Part shown: piece after piece, positions 14,960 to 26,289 of the stretch
Position numbering within the stretch: the first letter of the stretch is position 1
How the letters are laid out: each line of letters begins with the position of its first letter
Origin: Vicugna vicugna
Lineage: Eukaryota
DNA: 64,000 nucleotides
Reading direction: 5' to 3'
NCBI GenBank assembly: GCA_013265495.1
Contig: MU058844.1
Coordinates: 6,633,260 to 6,697,259 of the forward strand
Position numbers and translations under genes: made by a program
The notes under the pieces: generated by a model
Databases searched by the model: none
What the model was told of the DNA's origin: nothing
The model's input: the letters and a program-made list of their open reading frames with translations, nothing else

Positions 14960-16560
14960 TAATCATCTGGTCTGATTTATATTCTTGCCCTTCCCCTTTG
15001 CTTTGAAAATGTGCATGTTTCTGCGTGGGATCCTTCTTCAGCCTGGTTTCCAGAATGAGAAGCTACCTGGAACATCCTAGTAATGACATGGAGCTAACCA
15101 ATAGAGGAATTACTACAAGAAGTGGGTTCTGACATTTAAAACAACAACCACCCAAACTAACATGTATCTCATTGGCTTGGTATCAGATAGTGGATGAATA
15201 GTAAAACATTATTTAGAAACTGGAAAATAGCAACTAACATGATTCAGTGGTGAACGTTTAATAAAACTGTCACATGAAATCATTTAAAAAACAGATAATG
15301 TATCTAATGAGCCTGTGGTTCTGGGAGAGGGTTTTTTAAAAATAGAGTCTTATTAGCGTGAGTTTGTTGGTATTAGCTGCATTTTATAAGGTGTCTGCCA
15401 ACTAAGAGTTGAGTTAGGAGAGAACTGGCTCATTTTCAAGGAGAGACCAGGAAAAAAAAAAAAGGTAGCTCAAAACTTGAAGGCTTTAGGGATATAGTGC
15501 TTTCCCTTCTCTAATTTTTAAAAAGGAAAAACAAAACAAAACAAAAAAATGTTTTGAGCAACTTCAGAGAAGACAGTGAAGGCATGGCCGTCACACTTTT
15601 TGTTTTAAACTCAGATTTAATTAACTTGCCTGTCCCCCATCAAATCTTTAAGTTGGACAAAATATCTTTGGAGAAAGAGACCAAAGACATAATCCCACGA
15701 GTATCTGATAAACTCAAAGCACCTATGATTAAATCTAAAGAGAAAGGCATGTATGGAAAGAATTGTGCATGTGACTATTACTACAGAGAGTGGAGAGGAA
15801 GCAATTTTTTAAATGTTTTGAGAGTTGTACTTCCAGAAGTACCACCAATTTGATTAAACTGACACAATTTTAGGCAAAAAAAATTCCATTTCATATGTAG
15901 CCAAGAATGATACTGAAAAAGGAGACACTTGTTAAAGAGTGGAGGACTCAAACCATGGAAAACAAATGACAAGAGCATTACTTTTAAGGAGGAGAACCAT
16001 GACCTCTAAGTAATATTTTCTCACTGAGTATAGAAACACTTCACAAAGGTATCCCAATGCAATTTCAGAAGTGCTTTGGGCTACTGACCACTCTGAAAGG
16101 CAGTGTTTATGACAGTTCTCTTGTCCCTGTTCCACCATTGTATGTTGGATTTGTATGTTGTAGGCATGCGGGGAAGGATGGGTTCCCACCTCCTCTCCGC
16201 CACATACCTGGATCAAGAGGAGCCACCCCTGGATCTGACTTGCTTTGGGCAATGAAAAGTGCACAGTGTGACACACACCACATCTAACCAGCAGCTCTAT
16301 GTGCAATTGTGTGGTTTGGTTTGGCCTCTTGTCTTCCCTTTTCCTAAGAGAACAGTATGTTCCACATAAGGTTTGCTCCTTCAGTTAAGGTCCCAGAATC
16401 AGAAGACACATGAAACAACGTCAGACAGAGTCAAGTGGACTGGAGCAAGCTACAGTCACTGCAGTGTGACAGGAGTGAGGAATAAATGCTTGGTGTCGTA
16501 AGCAACTGAGGCTCATGAGTGGTGAGTCGCGCAGCAAGACTACCACAAGCATAGCTAGAA
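14960..16560 (+). mobile_element. Degenerate MaLR (MLT1) LTR-internal-LTR remnant
   Basis: Related LTR segments at both ends (cttcagcctggtttccagaatgagaag ~15040; cttcagttaaggtcccagaatcagaagacacatg ~16380) flank MLT-int-like sequence. Confidence 0.55.
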
Positions 16561-17624
16561 AACATTTTTAAATAATCTGTAAGTACAGCTTTAGGATGCA
16601 CAGCTCTAGGTTTAAAAATTGGTTGAAATAAAGGACAGTCTCTGAAAGAAATTTTTTTCAAAGTAACTAAAGATGAAAAAAAAAAAAAAAACCCTACCCT
16701 GGAAGATAGTTTTTAGAGGCTCTTGGAAATAATGTGAAATTACCTCTGAGTGATTATTAGGCCCAGATGGTTTTACAAGCTAATTCATTTCAATCTTTCA
16801 AAGAAGAGATGTTTCCAAGGAGATATATTCATGCTAGTCAACAATTTAGTAAAACATAAAATCTTCCAATTCATTTGGTAAAATCAGCATAGCCATAATA
16901 ACACCTAACAAAAATATTACAAACACAAAAAAATCTCATAAAAAACTCAATCATAGAAAGGAATGCTATTGGCTGGATGGTCAATATAACATCACTATTA
17001 CTTCTTTATAAGGGTGAGCACTACATTTCCAAGAATTACCTTCCTTATAGATTCTTAATGTTTGCCAATAAGAGGAACATGCATGTAACCTGGAAGATAG
17101 AGCAAATGAAAGTCAACAGTCTCCGAAGGTCACAAAGCCAGTGCAGTGGCTTCTTGGAATTCCCTGTGAATCTCCACCTGCTATATTGCTTGAGACTGAA
17201 GTTGTTAGTTGTTTGCAACTAAAGCTATACTTACAGAGTAAATGATAATCTTGAAGTAATTTACAAATGAAAATATAATCGTAGTTGTTCAAATCCAAAA
17301 GCTAGACAAAGACAAATAGAAGAAATATATAAATAACACGAGAAAAGAGATTCACAAAAAAAAAATACATCGCTAATGATATCAGAAGTTGATTCCTTGT
17401 AAGAACTCATAGACAAATGTTTAGCAAAATTGATTAGAAAAGAGAAAAGGTTGAAATAAACAACATGAATGTAGAGGTACATATATCTACAAGTATAATC
17501 TAAAATTTAAAGTTAAAAAATAATACTAAAACTTACTGCAACCACACCAAAAAAACTTAGCTGAAATGAACAATTTAAAAGAAATGAATTACCAAAATTT
17601 ACTCAATGAGAACTTGTTAACCTA

Positions 17625-20600
17625 GGAGAGTGATGTCACTGAGATGGCAACATAAGTCATTCCTGATTTCACTCCCTTCACAAGAAAAACAACTAACATC
17701 TGTTCAAGAACAAGACACCGCTGAGAGAATCCTAGAAAATAAGGGTGAGGCTGAAGGACCCCTGCCCCAACCTTCACCTCAGAGACCAAGACAGACTGCA
17801 TTAGGTGGGGAAGAAGCAGCTACATGTTGACCATGTTGCCCCTCCTCCGGGATAGCACTGCCGCACACAGAGACTCTCCTGAGCCTTCGGTTCCTCCAGG
17901 GGAAGCAGAGCATCCAGGAGGGACAACGGCCCCCCCTCCACTGTGGGTTGATTTGTAGGAGCCCCTACTCTGATGTCACACTAGGAGAACTGGCAGGGCT
18001 CAGGCCCTGGGAATCTGACAGTGCTGGAGAATGCTCGCAACAACTGCGGGTCTTGGCAGACCGAGTTCCAACCTGCAGTGCCCAAGGAGTGATTCAAGCT
18101 AGTGGCATTGCTCAAACCCATCTGCAGAACTAATCAGGGTACCTCTGAGAGAACTCAGAAGGGTGCAATCTGCCTGATTTGGGTCCTCAAACAAGGAGTT
18201 TCACCAGACTTAGAGCCTGGCTTGCCCACCCCCAGGCAAGGTGCTGATCACAGTCCTATCCACTGTGGAGAGCGCCTCCCAGCCCCACCTGACCAGAAGG
18301 GCTGGTGACAGCTCCTGGAAGCCCTGTGGCTCAGCGGCACTCAAAACAGAGTTAATCATCCCCAAAGCAAAGCCAGTGCCGGGCGTGGACACTTCCAGTG
18401 CTGTGTGACACAGGCAGGGGGGTTCATTTGTAGCCAAAGCTGGGGTATCTTCTGGGCTCTCTTAAGTGGAGAGACTGGGAAACTGAGCAGCCTGCAGCGG
18501 CCTCTCTCCCGTCTGCTCAGGCAAGGGGGCTGAGAAACGGCCTCGCCCACTGTGGAGAGTGTCTTCCGGCCACGTCTGATGAGGAGGCCTGGTGAAAAGA
18601 GCTGAAAGCGGTGCAGCCCGGCATGCTCAGGACAGGAGAGCAGACGATGCGGATCCTCTGCAGAACAAAGCCAGTGGCCCTGTTTGGCCAGGGAACTTGA
18701 GGTGTGGGTTGGCTTGAGTTAAGATAACAAACAAAGAGCATCGCCAGTTTCAGAGCTGCTGCTCCCACTGCGCCTGGGCAGGGGCTCACTCATCTCTGGG
18801 TACAGACTTCAGCCTGGCCCACCAGAGAAGCCACATCACCCATTCACTGGCCCTGCATACAGTGGTGCTTGGAAGAGAACACAGCCTGTGGCCTCCCTCG
18901 TCTACAGAGCAAAACCAGCGGCCTCACCTGCCCAGGGAATTCAGTGCACACTCAGGCTTGATTCAGGCCCTGAAGCAGTAAGCTGTACAGACCCTGTGGT
19001 GCGAACTCTCTTACAGCTCTAGTTTAAAAGTTAAAGAAATGAATGCAGCAAAAATAACCATAAATAAAATAACCTGTTATTAGCTGCACAATATAAAAAA
19101 CATGTAAATTGTAACAGCAATTACCGAAAATGTGAAGGGGAAACCAAGTGAGTATAAAGTGTACCAATTCTACTGAAGTTACGTTATTATCATTTTAAAA
19201 TAAGGTGTTATAAGTTTAAGGTATTTTATGTAAACCTCATGAGAACCACATGGGGAAATCTTGTAGTAAACACCTAGAAGAACATGATCAAGAAGTCAAA
19301 GCATACTAATTATAAAATGTGTTGAAACCCACACAAAGTAAGCCAGATAAGAAACAGAACACTAGATCTACAAAACAACCAGAAAACAACTAACAAAATA
19401 GCAATAGTACATCCTTACTTATCAATACTTACTTGAAACTTAAACAGATTAAATTCGATAAAAATATCTAGAATGGTTAAATAGATTAAAAAAAATAAGA
19501 TCCAACAATATGCTGCCTATCAGAGACTCACTCTAGCCTTAAAGACAAATACAGACTGAGTGAAAGGATGGAAAACAACATTCCAAGCAAATGATAACAG
19601 AAAAAATAAAATTGGGGGTATCTATACTTACATCAGACAAAATAGATTTTGAATTAAAAATGGTAAAAAAAGACAAAAGTCATTATACAATGATAAAGGG
19701 GTCAGTACATCCAGAAGACATATAACAGTTGTGGGTATTTATGTGTCCAACATCACTGAACCTAAATATTTAAAGCAAAAACCAGCAGTGCTAAAAGGAG
19801 AAATAAATAGCAATGCAATAATAGTTAGGGACTGCATCAGAGTAAAAAGCTTCTTCACAGCAAGAGAAACCGTCATTACATTAGGGACATGCAAATTAAA
19901 ATTACAATGAGATATCACCTCAAGCTGTTAGAATGACCATCCTCAAAAGATAAGAAATAACAGATGTACCTGTGAATGTGGAGAAAAGGGAACTCTGGGG
20001 CACTGTCACTAGGATTATAAATTGGTGCAGCTACATTGGAAAACAGTATGGAGGATCCTCAAAAAATTAAGAGTAGACCTCCCATATGATCCAGCAATTC
20101 CATTTCTGAGAATATATTCAAAGGTAACATAAACATTAACTTGAAAAGCTATCTGCACCCCTATGTTCATAGCACTATTTACAATAGCCAAGATATGGAA
20201 GCAGTCTAATAGATCAACAGATGAACAAAGAAGATATGGCATATATAAATATATAATGCTATATTACTGAAACATCAAAAAAATTTTTTGCCATCTGCCA
20301 CAACATGGGTGAACGTTGAAGGCATTATGCTAAGTGAAGTAGGGCATACAGAGAAAAATACTCTATGACCTCACTTACATGTGGAATCTAAAAACAAAAA
20401 TCAAAACTAAACTCGTAGAAAAAAAGATCAGACTTATGGTTATCAGAGGCAGGTGGTGGCGGGGGGAAGAAGGGGAACAGTAAGGAGATGGTAAGAAGGT
20501 AAACTTCCAGTTATAAGATAAATAAGCACTAGGGGTGTAAAGTACAACATGATGACTATACCTAATACTGCTGTATGGCTAGATAGGAAAGGGTTTGAGA

Positions 20601-20861
20601 GAGTAAATCCTAAGAGTTCTCATCACAAGGAGAATGTTTTTTTCTTTTCTTCTTTTCTTCTTTTCACTGTATCCATATGAGAAGATGGATGCTAGCTGAA
20701 CCTGTTGTGGTAATCATATGTGTGTGTGTGTATGTATGTATATACATGTGTATATATATAAATCAAATTGTCATGCTGTATGCTTTAAACTTACACAGTG
20801 ATGTATGCCAATTATTTCTCAATAAAACTGGAATAAATTGAAAAGTATATAGTGTCAACAA
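17625..20861 (+). mobile_element. L1 (L1MA-age) with retained GC-rich 5' UTR, large internal deletions and intact 3' end, nested in an older L1
   Basis: 5' UTR ~17625-19010; endonuclease-domain text ~19400-19833 (atatgctgcctatcagagactcac, atactta catcagacaaaataga); ORF2 C-terminal/3' UTR 19834-20830 ending caataaaactgg. Confidence 0.85.
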
Positions 20862-21279
20862 AAGAAAGAGTTAACCTTAAACAGGCCAATAGACAAACTG
20901 AATTAATGTTAAAGTATCTCTATCCACCACCCTCTTCCTACTTTCCTCAATTTCCCAGACAAGTAATAAATTCTTTCTGTCTTACAAGAGTATTTGAGAG
21001 AGTAGAAGTGTAAACTATAGATCTCATTTTGTGAGGGGAACATAAACAGATCACAAATCAATTCTATTTATGTATCTAGATTTAAAAAAACCCTAAATAA
21101 AATATGAAAAAGTTATCCATCAATTTATATAAAAAATAATAGTATATTATAGTCAAGTAGAATTTATTCCAGGAATGCAAGCATGGTTAAACAACAGAAA
21201 ATCTGTAAGTTTCATATAACAATTTAAAATTTAAAAACCATAAGCTTGACTTAATAAAATAAGACAAGCATTTGATATA

Positions 21280-21730
21280 TCTGGGTCTCCTCTCTGTTTC
21301 TCAAACATGCCAGGTGAACTTCTCTTAGGGCCTTTTCCCTGACTGACTCCTGTGCCTGGGACACACCCACCTCCCAACATCCATGATGCTAACACCTGCA
21401 AGTCCTTAAAGTTCTTGCACCAATAAAAACCCAGGGAGACCCATCCTGACTACTCTACATATAACTGAAATCCACTCTCCTTGCCCTGACCCTCCCAACT
21501 CCCTTAGCCTACTTCAGTTTCTATTTTTTTATTCTGTAGTACTTCCATATCATATGGTTTCATCATTTATTATGTTTATTGTGAATTGTTTGCCTTTCTT
21601 TGTCCCATCCCACTAGAGTATAGATTCTATGAGTGCAGGGATCTTTGTTTTGGTTACTGATACATTTCAAGCACCTAGAACTGTGCCTGCTATTTAGTAC
21701 ATGCCCAATAAATATTTGTTGAATCAAATA
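21280..21730 (+). mobile_element. L2a 3' end
   Basis: ctgtttctcaaacatgccagg...cactagagtatagattctatgagtgcagggatctttg...cctagaactgtgcctg...caataaatatttgttgaat. Confidence 0.85.
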
Positions 21731-21760
21731 ATTCATAATTTAAAAACTTGGTAAATTTAT

Positions 21761-21920
21761 TAAACAGGGAACTATATTCAATATCTTGTAGTGACCTATA
21801 ACGAAGATGAACATGAAATGGAACATATGTATGCATATGGATGACTGAAACATAACGCTGCGCACCAGAAACTAACAACATTGTAAACTGACTATACTAC
21901 AACAAGAAAGAAAAAAAAGC
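21761..21920 (+). mobile_element. Short 5'-truncated lineage-specific L1 3' end (camelid-like)
   Basis: cagggaactatattcaatatcttgtagtgacctataa...ttgtaaactgactatact plus A-rich tail; same family as 56411-56561. Confidence 0.8.
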
Positions 21921-23072
21921 TAAAAAAACTCAGAAAATTAGCAATGAAAGAGAATTTTTTTAACAAGACAAATAGGATATTTCCAAAAAACTACTTCAAT
22001 ATGCAGAACGGTTTTCAGTTATCATACATTATTTAGCTGTACCAGTTGAAGGAATATTGAAATCGTTTCTTACTGCTGGATATATACCTGTGCCCAAAGT
22101 CCCCCAGATGCCTCCCTTCTGCCACTTCAGTCACCTTCATTCCCATCATGGAACCCTGGCTCTATGATCAATTTCCTTTGGTCAGTGACAATTTTAGATT
22201 ACTTACAGAAAATTACATATGTTTAATATCACCATTATTGGAATCAAACATGAAAGAAAATGTAGGTGAAAGAAATCACCCAGGGAGAGTACGGAAAGGA
22301 CCAAGGACAGAGCCCTGAAGCCATCAACGTTTAGAAAGAAGAAAATATAAAGATGGATAACGGGTTACTAAGATTTCAGAGGAAAACCATAAGCATTTAT
22401 TTTTATAAAAAAGAACCACTGATCGCAGCATAGAAGTCCTACAGGTGCCTGAAGTACGTATGTGTCATAATAATTTAATAGAACCACAGCACCAACCTAA
22501 CTTTCTTGAGTTGTTCTGATTATACTTCAATGAGAAAAGCAGTCATCTGTCACATTTTATAAAATAATAACACTAATAAAAACAAACAAATCTATATATT
22601 TGTACATTGTATGCATATATAAATGTGTTTGTATATATATATATACACACACACAGAGGAAGAAAGACAGAGAGAGAGAAAGAATGAGAAAGAGAAGGAA
22701 AGGAAATTCTGTAAGACTACATATCAAGCAGTTAACAATATTTATTACTAGCTTGTAGAATTGACAGGAAGGCAGACAAACATAAACACAGGGCCTTTAG
22801 TTTTTTTAAATTCTTACCATGTACAAGTTCATACTTTGACATGTATTCAATGAGCAGGTATCACTGTTGTATTAAAATAATAATTAAGAATTTACATTAG
22901 ATTATGGAGTCTATAGAATTTGAATAAATCAGTAATGAGATTTTGAATGAATCAAAGAAAATGCAGAAAAGGCATGGCAGGCAAAACAAATACTGTAAAA
23001 CATTTTGTTTTCACATCTCTAAGTAACCATAGGCCTAGATTAATGCTTGAGCACACATATACCTGACATGTA

Positions 23073-23567
23073 TGTCAACTGAAGAAAAACGCACAACCTA
23101 AAAACTGTGAGTTACATTTTACTCAGGACCTTACTGGGCACTATAGCCTGGGAGACCACCTTTCAGATAGCTTTGAAAAACTATTTCAAAGAGGTGAGAA
23201 AGGAGCCAGGAGACACAGGAGTTTTTGTTGGGAAAAAACAGGTGGTCAAACATTAAAAGATTACTGCTAATCCCAAAAGACAGAAATCTCAAATTAATGA
23301 TTTTAATGCTTTTCTGTGTATGGGAAGATGCAAGAGCCTGGGGAGGTCACTTAAATTATCCCTTAGATAGGCATCTTAGCCATCTAGGGCCAATATCCAG
23401 CGCAGAATGTTTCCTGTTTTTCTCCCTTCTGAATTCTCCTCAGGGCGCACCATTGGAGGGTGGCTGTGGTGGCTAATGGCTTAACGGTGGACAACATACG
23501 TTGTTTATCGGAATAGCAGGCACTATTCTTTGTTTACTGAAATGGTAGGCAACATTCTTTGTCCACA
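23073..23567 (-). mobile_element. ERV1-like solo LTR
   Basis: TG...CA termini; clearly homologous to 40862-41367 (tgtc-actgaa-aaaa-cacaac...tgtgagtta...actatagcc-ggga..ttaatgatttta-tgcttttct). TSD not clean. Confidence 0.75.
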
Positions 23568-24049
23568 TACGTAAAGTATTTTAAAAATATAATCTATTGT
23601 TATATAAAAGAAATTTATAATTAAAAAGTAACTTAAACTGTAGTGATCACGATCATGTTATTAAACTTTGTTTGATTTTTCTCTTGTTAATCAATCCCAT
23701 GTCATTTAATTATTAGACCAGCCAGAAGAACTTGGAAGGGAAGAGGAGAATTTCCTCTCCAACAACAGGAAAATGAATTAATGTAATCTCATGATGTGAA
23801 TGGATCCAATATTTTCCTTTAGCATTGTGCTTTAAATTTTTTTTTAAATCTTTTCATTGTTTTTCTGAATTCTGGGAGTTTTTGCATAATATTGTCATTT
23901 TGGGAGATTTGATTTAAAAAATACCAGGGTAGAAAGTCTTGACAAGTCAAGATTCCTCCCCCTACACACACCCCACACACACTTAAAGAGAATATTCACT
24001 TATTCTCTCCTTCAGACCATTTATTACTTTCTTTTCAAATGCGAAGTAT

Positions 24050-24305
24050 AATATTAATTGCTTAAGAGTAGGTGTCAAATTCAGACGGTGATTTAGATAC
24101 AGGCAGGTATTTATTTCCTGTATTTAATAGATGCCTTCTGTGTGAGTTCAGACAACCAAAGTTTCAGTTTTTTCCTCTGCAGTGTGTGGGTAACATCTGT
24201 ACTTACATCGCAGGGCTGGGGTCAGAGTTAAGAGAAATAAGACACATTAATTATTGCACACACTGCAAAGGCACGCACTTAACACTGAATCGATGCTTGT
24301 TAATA
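24050..24305 (+). mobile_element. MIR
   Basis: tgtgtgagtt..gacaa...tttcagttttttcctctgcagtgtg core followed by a MIR-like tail. Confidence 0.55.
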
Positions 24306-24704
24306 TACAAAAATACAGTGTGGCCAAAAAGACTAGTCTTCCTTTACCTGTAGGTTGAAACCCTCTTCCAAGTTCTGCTTTCCCTTCCGTGTGCTCTCTC
24401 TTCTTCTCACACCAACACGATGTGGCCGTATCCCACTGTGTGACAGAGAAAGCACCCAATAATCGCTAGCTAAACAATATTAGCAATTGAGCAATGAAAT
24501 CTTTGAAGGATTTCGTTGTTACAATTTTAAAATGGTACTCTTCACCTCCATGCCTGGAGTTCCCAGGATCCCCTCGTGGGATCTTTGCACCCCTACTCCA
24601 CTTCTTATTTTCTAAAGTGCTTAGCCTTTGCGGAAATCCTACACTTTCCTCCTGTTAAAATCTATACATTCACTAAGGGTTTACAAGAATGCATTTAAAA
24701 AAAA

Positions 24705-24895
24705 AAGCCAGATCCGGGTTTAAATCTCCATTCTGCCACTGAACTAGCTGTGTGACTTTTTGCAACTTCTTTTTTCTGGGTATCACCTCTGTCTAATCTC
24801 TAAATTAGGAAAAATCACCTCATTAATTAATTGAGATGATTAAATAAGCTATTTTAAAGCCCCGGGTGCTTAGTGGGAAATTCAATAGCTACTTT
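24705..24895 (+). mobile_element. MIR
   Basis: gccagatccgggtttaaatctccattctgccactgaactagctgtgtgact. Confidence 0.65.
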
Positions 24896-26289
24896 CTCTT
24901 ATTTCTCCTCATTGGCATCAAGACATAAATTAGTATCCATTATTTTTAAGCATATTACTCCACAAATATTTTGTGACTTGTAGCTTTGTATGTGTAGTTG
25001 AGATAGGTGTCAAACATCAGTGAAAAAGCATAAGGTCAAGTAAGCCTTCTCAACACTGCTGTAAACCATTCCTGCAAGTATACAGAAAACTTTGTTTCCC
25101 ACAGACAAGCCTAATCCTGATTATGGAAAACGTAGTTCTACTTGTTTTCTTAAATTCTTCTTGTTGTTATTGGTATTATTTGCACTGTATCTCAATTTAC
25201 ATATATATATATATATACACATACACATACACATACCCACACATATATAAAGATATGTATGAACAGAAATACTTGCCTATCGCCAAAATGTTAAGTAAAA
25301 GCAAATTATGCAAGATATTCTGTAAGATTTTGGTTGTAACTGTTTCCGGTTTTTCCTGTGGAGCATCAGAGTATTTCTTTACCCATGTCAGGGGAAGGGC
25401 AACCAGAAGATCAAATCTTTTTTTTTTCTTTTATCTTAAAAAAATGTATTTTAAAGGTGGATTTGGAAGAGACTGAGAAAAGGCTCTCTTGGCTGCATTA
25501 AAAGCTGAGGATTAGTAGCAATGTTCTGACCGGAAATTTAGGTCTTGTGATTTCTTTCCAGGAGATTTTTCACTGCGTGAAAAACCTGTCTCCAATGGCC
25601 TTATTATTTAATTTAATCTTAATTGGATACAAACTGTCAAAATCTGAGGGATTGTTGGATGGCCTAAAAGCGCACAAAGGTATTTTTTAATGGTAATATT
25701 AATCATCTGGAAGTAGAAAATGTCCTTCACCAATCACTAAACCTTTCCGCTACAATAGTTTACGTTCATTTTACATTTCTTTCAAATGTTTAAAGTTTTA
25801 AAAACATAAATTTAATCTCTAGAACATATGCCCTATTAAGGGGAAGATTCGGCCATTTTCAAAAGTAGGCTAAGCTTTGTGTTCAGTGATGTATATTTTA
25901 GGAATTCTCCACGTGGCTTAATGAGTATGTCTTCCTTGCTGTGAGAGGTAAGTCAGCCTTCATCTTGTAATAAGACCCCTTGGAGACGAGTCGGATGCTA
26001 AGGGACCAACATAGGGTGAGGACTAGCTCCTTTAAACAGCCTTTCATAATCTGGCCAGAATCGCTGAGCGCTATCAGGTAACCGTTTGAAGGAGACGCAA
26101 ATGCCTAGAATGTTTTTCTTTTGCGAGAGAAGTAAATGGCCGGCTTGGAGAGAAAACTGGGGAAAAGGGTTCTTTGAGTCACCCACCGCTTCTGGTCCTG
26201 TCACCAACTCGGAGAATAGTCCGAGCGTGTGAGGTAGGATCATTTCTATTGTTATCCCGGCTGAGACAAAGGGGGAGGGGACAGTGGGC

